Notes: generated from the letters alone by a model not told the origin. A stretch of DNA of 64,000 bases from Phycisphaerales bacterium (GCA_029213305.1 JARGPA010000009.1:38004-102003); one strand, 5' to 3'. Shown: positions 18,478-29,386, numbered from the stretch's first letter. Made by a program: numbers and translations.

Positions 18478-20655
18478 ATGTTTGATCTCCCCGGTCCAAT
18501 CGGCACATTGGCCAACTTCCTCGTTATCGTTCTCGGATTCGGTTCAATCGTGTTTATTCACGAGCTGGGTCACTTTGTAGCCGCCAAATGGGCGGGGATC
18601 CGTGTGCTCGCATTCTCAATCGGATTCGGACAAATCGTAGGTTCGTATCGCAAAGGGGTTGGATTCCGTAGAGGTTCATCAGAGCCCGAATACCTTCAAC
18701 TCCTCAAAGACGCAAAAAGTGATAATGATTCAAAGCGTGAACGAGCGAAGTCCATCCTCGATGGGCAGATCAGTCCCACTGAATATCGATTGTCGTTGCT
18801 CCCACTCGGGGGCTATGTCAAAATGCTTGGGCAAGAAGATCTCAACCCAGGAGCAGTATCTGAAGAACCAGATTCCTATCAGAACTGTTCTGCGCCTAAA
18901 CGAATGGTTGTCATCAGTGCTGGCGTGATCATGAATATTATTATGGCCGCGATGCTCTTCATTCTCGTGTTCATGGTTGGGCTAAGAGTTATCCCTCCAC
19001 AAGTTGGATATGTTTCGCAGAACTCGCCGGCCCAGAACGCAACTCCGATGAATATGACAGACCTGTCCCCAGGTTTGGTAAGAGGTGATCAAATCCTCTC
19101 AATCAACGGAAACAAGATGTTTTCTTACGAAGCAATTCTTCCTGAAATTGCAATGTCTTCAAAGTCTCGCGCGACATCGGTTGTTGTACAAAGAGACGGC
19201 ATAGATCTACCAATCGAGTTCGAGGTTTATCCTGAGATTGCGAATCACACAGGTTTACTTGACATTGGAATCTATGCATCAGTAAGTACAACACTCAAAG
19301 ATCCGAAAGCTCAAAATGAACAAGATCTGATGAGTCGAATTTTGAGATCGTCAGGGTTAGGAGATATCTCTCAAGGAGATACAGTTCTGAGTGTGGATGG
19401 AGAAGACATTCGATCGCCGTTCGATCTTCTCGATGCAGCAGAAGGATCAAATGGGAATCCAATTGCAGTGGTCTATGAACATAATGGGGAAACACAGAAT
19501 ACTGTGTTTGAACCTGTCCCCGCGTTGCAACTCGACGCTGTTGAAATGGGTGATGGGCTTCAACAAATCCAGCATCTCCTTGGACTTCACGGCGTGATGA
19601 TGGTTGATCCATTCGCACGTCAAGAAGATACCAAACAAGGACTCCAACCCGGAGATATCTTTGCGAAAGTTGGATCTACAGATTTCCCATCAATCCCACA
19701 GGGGATCGAAATTATTAGAGCAAATAAGGGAAGATCATTGAATCTAGTCGTGCTTCGAAAAACCGAAGACGGACTATTCAGCCGAGTGAAGTTAGAAGTT
19801 GATGTCCTCAAAGACGGGACAGTTGGTTTTTATCCGACAACGACAACGAATGAGTACAACTTTGTAACAAATCCAGTTCCATTGATGATCCCGAATCCAG
19901 ATGATTCAGACAAGTACGATTCGATTGCTACTCCTGCATCCTCGATTGTGAGTTATCCTGGATCGCAGATTCTAAGAGTAGGAGATCAAGAAATTGAGTC
20001 ACTCCGCGAGGTTCAGTTTGCAATCTATACGTACACCGATGAGGCATTTTTGGAAGGCCAAGAAGAGTTTGTTGTCCCAATGCATATTCAACTTCCATTT
20101 CCTACCCAATCTGACGGCACGGTCCCGTCAACTATAAAAGAATGGACATTGTCAAGATCTGATGTGGAAACAATCCGCGAACTTGGATGGACACTCACAG
20201 GCTCTGTTGACATGGTCAACCTGTTCGAGTTTGCACAAGTTATTGATAAAGCGCCGAGCCCTGTCGCGGCGATTTCCAGAGGGATTAGTGAATCACGCAG
20301 AGTGATGTTACAAACTTACATCACCTTCTTGCGTCTCTTTGAAGGCTCAGTTCAAGTTAAACACCTTAAGGGCCCCGTTGGGATTGCTCATATCGGGACT
20401 CAAATCGCGTCACAAGGTTGGGTATGGGTATTGTTTTTTATGGCGCTGATATCAATCAATCTCGCAGTGATTAACTTTCTCCCATTACCAATCGTTGACG
20501 GCGGCCAGTTCCTGATGTTGCTTTATGAGTGGATTCGTGGAAAACCAGTACCGATTATTGTTCAGAATGTCGCGACCATGGCGGGGTTGTTAATGATCGG
20601 GACAATCTTCCTCTATGTCACTTTCAATGATATCAAAGCAATCTTTGGAGTCTGA
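18478..20655 (+). CDS. rseP: RIP site-2 metalloprotease RseP (M50) with expanded PDZ region
   Basis: 725 aa. The HELGHFVAAKWAGIRV (HExxH) motif lies in the first TM. The C-terminal region NLAVINFLPLPIVDGGQ is the M50 LDG-type motif. A long periplasmic insert sits between them. Confidence 0.88.
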   Translation: MFDLPGPIGTLANFLVIVLGFGSIVFIHELGHFVAAKWAGIRVLAFSIGFGQIVGSYRKGVGFRRGSSEPEYLQLLKDAKSDNDSKRERAKSILDGQISPTEYRLSLLPLGGYVKMLGQEDLNPGAVSEEPDSYQNCSAPKRMVVISAGVIMNIIMAAMLFILVFMVGLRVIPPQVGYVSQNSPAQNATPMNMTDLSPGLVRGDQILSINGNKMFSYEAILPEIAMSSKSRATSVVVQRDGIDLPIEFEVYPEIANHTGLLDIGIYASVSTTLKDPKAQNEQDLMSRILRSSGLGDISQGDTVLSVDGEDIRSPFDLLDAAEGSNGNPIAVVYEHNGETQNTVFEPVPALQLDAVEMGDGLQQIQHLLGLHGVMMVDPFARQEDTKQGLQPGDIFAKVGSTDFPSIPQGIEIIRANKGRSLNLVVLRKTEDGLFSRVKLEVDVLKDGTVGFYPTTTTNEYNFVTNPVPLMIPNPDDSDKYDSIATPASSIVSYPGSQILRVGDQEIESLREVQFAIYTYTDEAFLEGQEEFVVPMHIQLPFPTQSDGTVPSTIKEWTLSRSDVETIRELGWTLTGSVDMVNLFEFAQVIDKAPSPVAAISRGISESRRVMLQTYITFLRLFEGSVQVKHLKGPVGIAHIGTQIASQGWVWVLFFMALISINLAVINFLPLPIVDGGQFLMLLYEWIRGKPVPIIVQNVATMAGLLMIGTIFLYVTFNDIKAIFGV

Positions 20656-20658
20656 TCG

Positions 20659-21582
20659 ATGAATCCAATCATCGGGCTTCTTCAATTGCTTTCAGTTGGA
20701 CTGATTCTCTATCTGTTCATTCTGATCATCTATACGATGTGGGGGCTCACACATCCCCATCGTCAGACATACGCATCTGCGATGTCGAAGAAGCTACCCG
20801 GAGATCCAAGCGAACTCGACAATCCTCTTGAATACGAAGAAAGAGTCGTAACTGGTTCTCGCGGTAAAATCTACACTTGGATTATCAAGGGTAAAAAGAT
20901 TGACGGGCCGACAGTTGTAATGACGCATGGTTGGGGATCTAGTCGACTTGGAGGCCTCAAGAGATTATCCCCGATTGTCGATCTCGCAAACGAAGTTATT
21001 CTTTGGGATCTACCTGGTCACGGCGATTCCCAAGGGATTACCAATCTCGGTTCTTCGGAACATCACGACCTGAAGATGATCATCGAACAGTGCGTAGACG
21101 CGGATTCGAAAGGGGTCGTTCTTTATGGCTGGTCAATGGGCGCAGGCGTGTCACTCGCAGCTGCAACAGAAAACAAGGATGCATTCCCGATCATCGGTGT
21201 GATCTGTGAATCCCCTTATATCCTTCCTCAGACTCCAGCACTCAATGTTATTAAACTCCGAGGGGTCCCGTATCGTTTTAATGTGAAACCGGCGATTCAA
21301 CTGATAGGTATCTTGTTTGGAGTAGGCCGGAAATGGAACGGATTCCCAAGAGATGAAATATGCAAGCAAGTGAATCAACCTGTCCTAATCATCCACGGTG
21401 ATCAAGATCCAGTCTGCCCGATCTCTGATGGTCAACAGATTTCAGATTCGGCGCCAAACTCGAAGATGATCACGATTGAAGGCGGCGGGCACAACAATCT
21501 CTGGACGGATTCAGTGTTTGTTGAACAGATGAAAAAAACGATTGCTTCATTTCTCAAACAACTGGACTCAACATCAAACTAA
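20659..21582 (+). CDS. Alpha/beta-fold hydrolase, membrane anchored
   Basis: It has an N-terminal TM, an oxyanion region HGWGSS, a nucleophile elbow GWSMGAG and a C-terminal His context GGGHNN. Confidence 0.75.
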   Translation: MNPIIGLLQLLSVGLILYLFILIIYTMWGLTHPHRQTYASAMSKKLPGDPSELDNPLEYEERVVTGSRGKIYTWIIKGKKIDGPTVVMTHGWGSSRLGGLKRLSPIVDLANEVILWDLPGHGDSQGITNLGSSEHHDLKMIIEQCVDADSKGVVLYGWSMGAGVSLAAATENKDAFPIIGVICESPYILPQTPALNVIKLRGVPYRFNVKPAIQLIGILFGVGRKWNGFPRDEICKQVNQPVLIIHGDQDPVCPISDGQQISDSAPNSKMITIEGGGHNNLWTDSVFVEQMKKTIASFLKQLDSTSN

Positions 21583-22281
21583 TCATTCATTGTCAGTTAT
21601 GGCATATCGAATCGCTTGTTCAGCCATGATATCGCTTGCATTATAAATTGGTAGATCGCAAGTTTCTTCTGTCACGATGAGCGGGGCCTCAGAGCATCCC
21701 AAGATCACTCCTTCGCATCCTTTGTCTTTGAGTCGATTTATCGTGTCGAGGATCTCTATACGCGATTCTTCGCGAACAATACCGAACACAAGTTCATCAA
21801 AGATAATTCGATCAAGCATTTCGGAATCTTCGCTGCTCGGGCGAACGAGTTTGATTCCTTTTACTCCAAGATCAGTTTGGTATGCAGAACCCGAAGTGAC
21901 ATATTTGGTTCCGATCACGCCGATCGTTTTACGATTATCAGTTGCAATCCGTTCTGCAACTGCATTGGTCATTTTGAGCCAAGGAATCGTCGAGGACGCT
22001 TCTGCGAGTTGCACCGCATGTTGGACTGCATTGTCTGGAGTGAAGCAGAACTCCGCGCCAATTGCGGCGAGTCTCTGAGCAGAATCTCGCAATAGATTCG
22101 CAACTTGGCGCCAATCGTCTCTACGAACTGCATCAACATACTGAGCGAGAGGGATGTTATGGACACATACCGTGGGGTGCATGTGGGGCTCAAGCATGAC
22201 AGCAGCATGTCGGAACAGCTGTTGATAACACAACGACGCTCCTTCAGGACTTACCCCTACGATACCGATCTGCTTAGTCAT
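21583..22281 (-). CDS. Aspartate/glutamate racemase-family protein
   Basis: ORF 21583..22308, with the start taken at ATG 22281 (MTKQIGIVG). Motifs IGIVGVSPEGASLCY and VILGCSEAPLIV hold the two catalytic-Cys contexts of this family. Confidence 0.75.
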   Translation of the reverse strand: MTKQIGIVGVSPEGASLCYQQLFRHAAVMLEPHMHPTVCVHNIPLAQYVDAVRRDDWRQVANLLRDSAQRLAAIGAEFCFTPDNAVQHAVQLAEASSTIPWLKMTNAVAERIATDNRKTIGVIGTKYVTSGSAYQTDLGVKGIKLVRPSSEDSEMLDRIIFDELVFGIVREESRIEILDTINRLKDKGCEGVILGCSEAPLIVTEETCDLPIYNASDIMAEQAIRYAITDNE

Positions 22282-22446
22282 ACACGGACACCTTTCATGA
22301 GCCCACAAAGGAGAGCATACACCATCGTCGACGATACAAGCCTATTCGTCAAACGGGATTGAAAAGAAACTGTTCTCAAGAATGATTCTAGTTTGAGCTC
22401 AAAGCGTCTACACTTCATCGAGGAAATCACAGGAATTAGGATCATA

Positions 22447-22974
22447 ATGACGACCCAGAGCGACAATCCGTTTTTAACACTTAATCTGCCATTGAGATAT
22501 CGTCTCGATCCAAGCGAGATCGAGAAGGCGTATCTCGGTATACTCGCGAATGATCACCCGGATGCGGGTGGTGTTGGGATGGATTCTGCAAGTGTGAACG
22601 CTGCGAGATCTACCTTGCTCAATGCTGAAAAGAGAGCAAATACTCTATTGGAGTTGAGAAATGGTCCTTCAGCTTCACAACTCAAAGAGCTTCCTGATGG
22701 GTTCTTGATTGAGATGATGTCTCTCAGGCAAGAAATCGAAGAAGAACTCAATGAGAAGGATGAAGCATCGAGAGAGAAGTGGGAGAAATGGGCAAGCGAT
22801 CAACGGGCAGACTACTCTGATCAAATTGCAATGCTCTTTGACTCGCTTGATGATGATCCAAGTGCATCTGCACTGTCTCAAATCCGAATAAAGCTCAACG
22901 CATGGCGATATATTGAACGGCTTATTGAGCAACTCGACCCTGATTATGATCCCGCGAGCGCAGATTTCCGATAA
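22447..22974 (+). CDS. HscB-like J-type co-chaperone
   Basis: ORF 22393..22974, with the start taken at ATG 22447. NPFLTLNLPLRYRLDPSEIEKAYLGILANDHPD parallels the HscB N-terminus (FxLFGLPxRYxLD...HPD). FLIEMMSLRQEIEEEL and KLNAWRYIERL parallel the HscB C-domain. Confidence 0.6.
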   Translation: MTTQSDNPFLTLNLPLRYRLDPSEIEKAYLGILANDHPDAGGVGMDSASVNAARSTLLNAEKRANTLLELRNGPSASQLKELPDGFLIEMMSLRQEIEEELNEKDEASREKWEKWASDQRADYSDQIAMLFDSLDDDPSASALSQIRIKLNAWRYIERLIEQLDPDYDPASADFR

Positions 22975-23037
22975 ATGACTGAAGCATCATTATTCTCTCT
23001 TGTTGAGTGAGCTCAATGTTGCTGATGGAAGAGATGT

Positions 23038-24339
23038 ATGGACGCAACACAAACACCATTGATCATCGTGCTCGCGGTGTTGCTTGTCTGTTCTGCATTA
23101 GCTTCTGCGTCTGAGACGGCTCTCTTTGGAATCAGTCACGGCCAACGTGCGATGATCCGAAGAACAAACCCGCGTCTTTCTCGGATTATTGAGTCATTAC
23201 TTGCTCGGCCTCGAGAGTTGCTCATGCAAGTGTTGTTGCTCAATATGACTGTGAATGTTGCGTACTTCATCGTAACAAGCGTATTGACAATCCATGCAGA
23301 AACTGCGATTGCTCAAGTTGTCATTTCAGTTGGATCACTTGCGACGATTATTCTTGTCGGCGAAGTCTTCGCAAAGCTCTTTGCGTCGTCAATGACCGTT
23401 TTCTTTCTGCGTTTCGCAGCTCCGATTCATCTGTTGTTGCGAAGAGGATTGGTACCATTACTCAGATTTCTAGATTCATGGATCATTGCGCCGTTTGCCC
23501 GATTGCTTTCGCCTCAACATGAAACGCATAAATCACATCATGTGTCCCCTGAACAACTCGGAACTCTGATTGAGTTGAGCGCAAATGCAGGAGTGATCGA
23601 CTTAGGAGAACAAGAGATTCTGACTTCGATCGTAACGATGAGTCAAATCCGAGTTGAGCAAGTAATGACGCCTCGCGTTGATATGTCTTGGATCGGATTC
23701 GATTCAACGAACGAAGAGATCATCGAAAGATGTAGGGAAACAGGACATACTCGATTGTTAGTGTGCAAAGATGGGATTGATTCTGGAGTTGAGGGGATCA
23801 TTAACGCCCGGCGTGTGCTTGAAGGCCGAACAATCGAACAAGATTTATCCAAAGTGCTCTTTGTGCCTGAGCAAAGCAAGCTTGATTTGCTGATCGAGCA
23901 GTTCCGTAGAACAGCACAGAGTATTGCGGTCTGTGTCGATGAACACGGAGGCGTATCAGGTGTGGTCACAATCGCAGATGTTACGAAGGAACTGATCGAG
24001 GGCGTCGTCGATCCTGCTCAAGATGTCGCTAAGGATGTAGAACTGATCGGCGTTGGGAGATGGCTCGTACCAGGACGGATTTCGATTCGTGAATGGATGG
24101 AAATGTTCTCTGACAAAGATGCACTCGAACATGCGAAACGAGTCAATACACTCGGCGGCTTGATCATGGTGATGTTAGATCGTGTTCCTGAAGTTGGAGA
24201 TGAAGTCGTCGTCGGTGATCTAAAACTCAGTGTCGCACAAATGGAAGATCGATCCATTCAACGAGTTGTTGTTGAGATCATGAATCAAGATGCAGACGAT
24301 GGCCAGAGTTCATCTGCTCTTGAAGGAGGCGACAATTGA
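23038..24339 (+). CDS. CNNM/HlyC-CorC family transporter (DUF21 + CBS pair + CorC_HlyC domain)
   Basis: 433 aa. It has a four-TM DUF21 N-terminus (SASETALFGIS), a CBS-pair region (VEQVMTPRVDM...) and a C-terminal transporter-associated domain (LGGLIMVMLDRVPEVGDEV). Confidence 0.85.
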   Translation: MDATQTPLIIVLAVLLVCSALASASETALFGISHGQRAMIRRTNPRLSRIIESLLARPRELLMQVLLLNMTVNVAYFIVTSVLTIHAETAIAQVVISVGSLATIILVGEVFAKLFASSMTVFFLRFAAPIHLLLRRGLVPLLRFLDSWIIAPFARLLSPQHETHKSHHVSPEQLGTLIELSANAGVIDLGEQEILTSIVTMSQIRVEQVMTPRVDMSWIGFDSTNEEIIERCRETGHTRLLVCKDGIDSGVEGIINARRVLEGRTIEQDLSKVLFVPEQSKLDLLIEQFRRTAQSIAVCVDEHGGVSGVVTIADVTKELIEGVVDPAQDVAKDVELIGVGRWLVPGRISIREWMEMFSDKDALEHAKRVNTLGGLIMVMLDRVPEVGDEVVVGDLKLSVAQMEDRSIQRVVVEIMNQDADDGQSSSALEGGDN

Positions 24340-25331
24340 GCCTCTACGAACTCATATTTTGGTGGATGATTGTCCTCATCGGAATTGGCGGATCTGCATT
24401 TTGTTCAGGACTCGAAGTCGGTTTGTACTCGATAAATCGGGTTTTAGTGCGTGTACACGCTGCAGGTGGGGATAAGGAGCATAAAAGTAGATTGCTTGAA
24501 GAACAAATCGAACATTCTGCTCCGATGCTTACTTCATTGCTCGTATGGAACAACTTGTTCAACTATGCAGGTACCCTTGCAATCACAACACTCATCGCGA
24601 CGCTTGGGTTGAGTGATACGAAGATGATTCTGATACAGGTTGTTGTTTTGACACCGATCCTGTTGATATTTGCAGAATCAACTCCAAAGGAAGTGTTTAG
24701 ATCGAATGCGAATCTATTGATGGAACGATTTGCTCGTGTGCTTTGGTTCTTCCGGATGTCACTGACTTGGATCCCAATCGTTCCATTGATTTTGGGTCTT
24801 GCGAATGGCGCAGCAAAGCTTGTGGGAGTTGATTCATTTGGATCACTTACCAATGCTCGAGGGCGCATGGCCGAACTGCTCAAGTTCGGAGCAGGCGAAA
24901 TGAGTGAAACGCAAGTATCTCTGATTGATCGGGCGCTTGAGCTTGAAAATGCGATTGTACGATCTGAGATGATTCCGTTGAAGAGTGCCGCCGCGATTCG
25001 CGTGGGTTGGTCAATCGATAAAGCCAAGTCATTTGTAAAGAATCAACCGTTCACTCGGTATCCAGTATTGACAAATAAGGGAAAAGTGGTTGGAGTCTTG
25101 AGCGCGATTGAGTTATACATCGCAGACGATCTTGATTCCAAGCAGAATGTAGAGGATTTTATGGAGAATGTGATTCGACTTGATGCACGGTTATCAGTCA
25201 GTCACGCAATGGGTGAGTTAAGTCGAGCAGGGGCGCACCTCGGAGTCGTAGAGCTCAATCATCATGATATAGGGATAGTGACTCGCAAAGACCTTGTTGA
25301 GCCGCTCGTTGGGGAGCTCGAAGACTGGTAA
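24336..25331 (+). CDS. Second CNNM-type DUF21 + CBS protein (no CorC_HlyC domain)
   Basis: 331 aa. A TTG start overlaps the upstream stop (TTGA). It has a DUF21-like TM region and a CBS pair (VRSEMIPLKSA...IGIVTRKDLV). Confidence 0.75.
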   Translation: MSLYELIFWWMIVLIGIGGSAFCSGLEVGLYSINRVLVRVHAAGGDKEHKSRLLEEQIEHSAPMLTSLLVWNNLFNYAGTLAITTLIATLGLSDTKMILIQVVVLTPILLIFAESTPKEVFRSNANLLMERFARVLWFFRMSLTWIPIVPLILGLANGAAKLVGVDSFGSLTNARGRMAELLKFGAGEMSETQVSLIDRALELENAIVRSEMIPLKSAAAIRVGWSIDKAKSFVKNQPFTRYPVLTNKGKVVGVLSAIELYIADDLDSKQNVEDFMENVIRLDARLSVSHAMGELSRAGAHLGVVELNHHDIGIVTRKDLVEPLVGELEDW

Positions 25332-25438
25332 ACAGTCGTTATATCTATTGAGACTACTCAAACCGGTTCTGAATGATGGAATAATTTGATCAAAGCGATG
25401 ATTGATAAGATGTTCAACACTGTAGAAGGATCTTTCCT

Positions 25439-25882
25439 ATGAATTCAAAATCTGTATTCCCGGCGCTCATGATCATTGTTCTCCTAGCTCTGGTTGTCCC
25501 CAACATTTTGAACATGGTCCGAGGCCCCGCTGAAAAACCTAGTATGTTCGATAATGCGTACTCAATGACACAAGCAACTCAGATTTCAGATGAGACAGGC
25601 AAACCAATGCTTGTCTTAGTTACTGCAGATTGGTGCCCTCCTTGTCAGAGCTTGAAGAGATCAACTCTTGTTGATGCAACAGTTATAGATTGGGTTACTT
25701 CGAACACAGTTCCAGTTTACCTTGAAGCAGACGAGAACCCAGACGATATCCGTACCCTTCCAGTTCGTTCATATCCAACGACATTGTTGATTCAAGACGG
25801 TGAAATACTCACTTCGTTTGGACCGATGAATGCGACCAAGTATGTCGAAAAACTCAGTTCTGCTCTCGCACAATCTCGATGA
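25439..25882 (+). CDS. Membrane-anchored thioredoxin-family protein (CPPC)
   Basis: 147 aa with an N-terminal TM and the active site ADWCPPCQ. Confidence 0.8.
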   Translation: MNSKSVFPALMIIVLLALVVPNILNMVRGPAEKPSMFDNAYSMTQATQISDETGKPMLVLVTADWCPPCQSLKRSTLVDATVIDWVTSNTVPVYLEADENPDDIRTLPVRSYPTTLLIQDGEILTSFGPMNATKYVEKLSSALAQSR

Positions 25883-26050
25883 TGATCGAATCAAAGTATG
25901 AAGATAGGGATTATTAATGCCCTTTCTGCGTCTGGTCAATCAGATTGAGAGAGTCTTGGAGAACCCAATCGGTTCCCAAGCGGTATAGACTTATAGAATG
26001 ATCAAATCGCGTCCTCCCAAGGACGCTTGTTATGGATATGGAGTATCAAC

Positions 26051-27718
26051 ATGGCACAAAGTAACCTCGTTCCGCTCATCGGGATTCTCGGCGTCGCTGT
26101 CGTTGGATCAACTATCGCAGTCGCGATGACCGCGGCGCGTGCTCCATCTGACTCATATGCGTTTTTTGATCCATTGGTTGATGTTGAATCACTCATTGAT
26201 GGGTTGTACGTCGAAGAGCCTGATCTTGAAAAACTTCAACAAGGCGCAATCAACGGCATGATCGAGCAACTCGATGATCCGTATACCACTTTTGTTCCAA
26301 GAAGGGACACTGAGAAGTTCTCGAAAGATCTCACAGGTGAATATGTCGGGATTGGCGCTGAAGTACAAATTCTTGATGGTTGGCTGACCATCGCGTCGCC
26401 GCTTGATGGATCGCCGTCTTGGAAAGCAGGCGTTATGGCCGGAGATCGAGTGATCAAAATAGATGGTGAATCCACAGAAGGGAAATCCATCGACGATGCA
26501 ATCGATGTTCTGGTTGGACAACCAAACACCAAAGTGGTGATCACGGTTGAACGCGGAACGGAAACGCTCGATATTGAAATCATCCGAGATCACATCAAGG
26601 TTCAAGCAGTGAAAGGTTTCATGCGCATAGAAGGCGACGGGAACTGGGAACACATCATCGATCCTTCTCGTGAGATCGGTTATGTTCGATTGACTCAGTT
26701 TACTCCTGGTGCTTCTGCAGAAATCGCGGACGCAATTCGTGGCGTGAACAGAGATTCAGATGTCCCAATGGGAGGACTTATTCTGGATCTTCGGTTCAAC
26801 CCAGGAGGATTACTCGATGAAGCAGTCGCGATCGCAGACATGTTCATTGATGAAGGAACCATTGTCTCTACGAATGGTCGAGCATACGAAGAACGAGTTG
26901 AAAGAGCTCACTCAAATGGAACGCTGACTGATTTGCCTGTGGTTGTACTTATCAATGGCCAAAGCGCTTCAGCTTCTGAAGTCCTCTCAGGAGCGTTAGC
27001 AGATCATGACAGAGCAGTTGTCATCGGATCGCGTTCGTTTGGTAAAGGCTCAGTGCAGACTGTTCGGGCGCTCGAAAGCGGAGCAGGTGTACTGAAGATA
27101 ACTGAACAGTACTACTACCTCCCATCGGGACGACTTCTACATCGCAGAGAAGATTCGACAGTCTGGGGAGTTGACCCAACTCCTGGGTACTATGTGCCGC
27201 TTGATGACGATCAGGTGATTGAAATGCTCACTGCTCGTCGTCAACAAGAGATCATTCAACATGCTAACCCAGAAGACGCAGTCAACCTGAGTGATACTGA
27301 TCTTGTGCTTGAGTTATTGAGTGATCCACAACTCAGCGCAGCTGTCAAAGTGATGCAGCATCGTATAGATTCAGGAAAGTTTGAACCAGTCGGAATCGAA
27401 CCTAACACGCAAGATGATGTAGAACTCGCAGGGCTCAATGATCTTCGCGCACAACAAGATCGTCTTTTGCGAGAACTTTCTCGAATCTATAAAAGAGTCG
27501 AAGCAGTCGAGGGTGGGATTGATCCAGAAAGTGCGTTAGAAAACCCAAATGATTTCTGGGATGATGATGCAGACATTACAGGTGGACAACTCATCATCAG
27601 AGATAAAGATGGCAATATGATTACGACATTAACGATTACAGGGAATGATCTTGAGCGTTGGCTTGTCGATGCAGATGTCGAAAAAACACAATCCGGTTCC
27701 TCGGATTCAGATCAGTGA
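26051..27718 (+). CDS. Carboxy-terminal processing protease (S41) with PDZ domain
   Basis: ORF 26027..27718, with ATG 26051 preceded by GGAG. It has a PDZ region (GDRVIKIDGEST), LILDLRFNPGGLL, and the Ser context NGQSASASEVLSGAL followed by GSRSFGKGSVQ. Confidence 0.88.
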   Translation: MAQSNLVPLIGILGVAVVGSTIAVAMTAARAPSDSYAFFDPLVDVESLIDGLYVEEPDLEKLQQGAINGMIEQLDDPYTTFVPRRDTEKFSKDLTGEYVGIGAEVQILDGWLTIASPLDGSPSWKAGVMAGDRVIKIDGESTEGKSIDDAIDVLVGQPNTKVVITVERGTETLDIEIIRDHIKVQAVKGFMRIEGDGNWEHIIDPSREIGYVRLTQFTPGASAEIADAIRGVNRDSDVPMGGLILDLRFNPGGLLDEAVAIADMFIDEGTIVSTNGRAYEERVERAHSNGTLTDLPVVVLINGQSASASEVLSGALADHDRAVVIGSRSFGKGSVQTVRALESGAGVLKITEQYYYLPSGRLLHRREDSTVWGVDPTPGYYVPLDDDQVIEMLTARRQQEIIQHANPEDAVNLSDTDLVLELLSDPQLSAAVKVMQHRIDSGKFEPVGIEPNTQDDVELAGLNDLRAQQDRLLRELSRIYKRVEAVEGGIDPESALENPNDFWDDDADITGGQLIIRDKDGNMITTLTITGNDLERWLVDADVEKTQSGSSDSDQ

Positions 27719-28773
27719 TTGTCCTTGGAGTTGAGTCATCGTGTGACGAAACCGCAGCGTCTATCGTAGAAAACGGACGGGTCGTCCGTTCTTCGATTGT
27801 TGCAAGCCAGTATGAACTCCACGAAGAGTTTGGTGGTGTTGTCCCTGAGATTGCTTCGCGGGCACATGAACAACACATTTTGCCTGTCTTGAAGGACGCG
27901 ATAGATCAAGCAGGAATCAACCTCTCCCAAGTCGATGCGATCGCAGTGGGACATCGTCCAGGTTTGATCGGATCACTTCTCGTCGGATTAAGTGCAGCGA
28001 AGGCGTTATCTTGGTCCCTCGGAGTTCCAATGGTTGGAGTTGATCATGTCCATGCGCATTTGTATGCAGGGATTTTGGGACGAGAGTTGCCTGCATTTCC
28101 CGCACTCGGAGTTGTGATCTCCGGCGGACACACCTCGCTCTATCGGATGGATTCTGAAATGAATCTCACAAGACTCGGAGCAACAATCGATGATGCAATC
28201 GGAGAAGCATTCGATAAAGTCGGCGCGATCCTCGGACTCGGACATCCGGGTGGTCCTCGCATTGATGAACTTGCGCAAGATCCAGGAGCAAACGATCGAG
28301 CATTCGATTTTCCCGTATCTCGATTAAGTAAAGAATCACTCGATTTCAGTTATTCTGGAATCAAGACTTCTGTTCTCTATACTGCGAAAGGGCGCCCCGC
28401 GCCACCTGCGCTCAAGGGCAAGCCTCCAAGACCAAAGCAGGAAGTTCCTGAACTAACTTATGAACGAAAACGTGATATCGCTGCAAGTTTTCAGCGTGCA
28501 GCAGTGAAAGCATTAACAGTAAAAATCGGCCGAGCATTCGAACAGGAAGGTGATTTTAAAACCTTAATCGTTGGAGGCGGAGTGAGCGCTAATACTCTTG
28601 TGAGAAGTGAGATGACACGAATCGCATTAGAGAGTAATGTTGAGTTGATCATTCCTGAGATGGCGCATTGTGTAGATAATGCTGCGATGATTGCTGGACT
28701 GGGCACAAAGTTGCTCCAGTCGGGTCACACGGATGACTTCTCGCTCTCTGCGATACCAACAACTGCTTGTTAA
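27715..28773 (+). CDS. tsaD: tRNA N6-adenosine threonylcarbamoyltransferase TsaD
   Basis: ORF 27658..28773. A GTG at 27715 overlaps the upstream stop (GTGA), giving VIVLGVESSCDETAASIV, the canonical Kae1/TsaD N-terminus. HVHAHL and GGVSAN motifs are also present. Confidence 0.88.
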   Translation: MIVLGVESSCDETAASIVENGRVVRSSIVASQYELHEEFGGVVPEIASRAHEQHILPVLKDAIDQAGINLSQVDAIAVGHRPGLIGSLLVGLSAAKALSWSLGVPMVGVDHVHAHLYAGILGRELPAFPALGVVISGGHTSLYRMDSEMNLTRLGATIDDAIGEAFDKVGAILGLGHPGGPRIDELAQDPGANDRAFDFPVSRLSKESLDFSYSGIKTSVLYTAKGRPAPPALKGKPPRPKQEVPELTYERKRDIAASFQRAAVKALTVKIGRAFEQEGDFKTLIVGGGVSANTLVRSEMTRIALESNVELIIPEMAHCVDNAAMIAGLGTKLLQSGHTDDFSLSAIPTTAC

Positions 28774-28802
28774 TGAGATTCAACTGAGGAGTTGCGATTC
28801 GC

Positions 28803-29354
28803 GTGAGTATGGATTTTCTTGAACATCTCGATCGACCTGTCGAGCGTCCGATTCACCCGGCGGCGCTTTCGAAAGATGAGTTGCTCAAAGAGTGCACAAT
28901 TACACGAGGCCGAGCATCCGGTCCGGGTGGGCAACATCGCAATAAAGTCGAAACCCATATCACTGTGATTCATGACCCAAGCGGTATAGAAGCACAAGCA
29001 GGGGAACGAAGATTAGCAAAAGAGAATCAAAGCGTTGCGATCCGCCGGTTGCGCTTGAAACTTGCGATGGGGGTTCGTGTTGAAGTCCCCCCTGGGGATA
29101 TCCGATCGGAGTTATGGAGACGGAGATGTGTGAAGAATCGGATTGTGTGTAATCCAAAGCATGAGGACTATCCGAGCATGCTTGCAGAAGTGTTCGATCT
29201 CATCGATGATTCAGGATTCGATATCAAACCCGCAGCGATTCGACTCGAATGCTCGAGCACCCAGTTGCTTCGGTTTGTCGCAGATCATCCCCCGGCCTTT
29301 GAACAACTGAATCAATCACGCGAAGATCGAGGTTTGCGACGACTTAAGCCGTGA
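28803..29354 (+). CDS. Peptide-chain-release-factor-like GGQ-domain protein (ArfB/PrfH-like peptidyl-tRNA hydrolase domain) with a distinct C-terminal domain
   Basis: It carries RGRASGPGGQHRNKVETHITV, the class I RF GGQ motif. About 95 further residues do not resemble the short basic ArfB tail. The start is GTG 28803 or ATG 28809. Confidence 0.75.
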   Translation: MSMDFLEHLDRPVERPIHPAALSKDELLKECTITRGRASGPGGQHRNKVETHITVIHDPSGIEAQAGERRLAKENQSVAIRRLRLKLAMGVRVEVPPGDIRSELWRRRCVKNRIVCNPKHEDYPSMLAEVFDLIDDSGFDIKPAAIRLECSSTQLLRFVADHPPAFEQLNQSREDRGLRRLKP

Positions 29355-29386
29355 TTTGTTCGATCGAGCGGGTACACTACTGATCT

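Noticed and set aside
24563-25027. A 154-aa minus-strand ORF.
   Set aside because: It is antisense to the second CNNM/CBS gene and has no motifs.
26189-26653. 154-aa and 115-aa minus-strand ORFs.
   Set aside because: They are antisense to the S41 protease gene, whose PDZ and catalytic motifs are clear.
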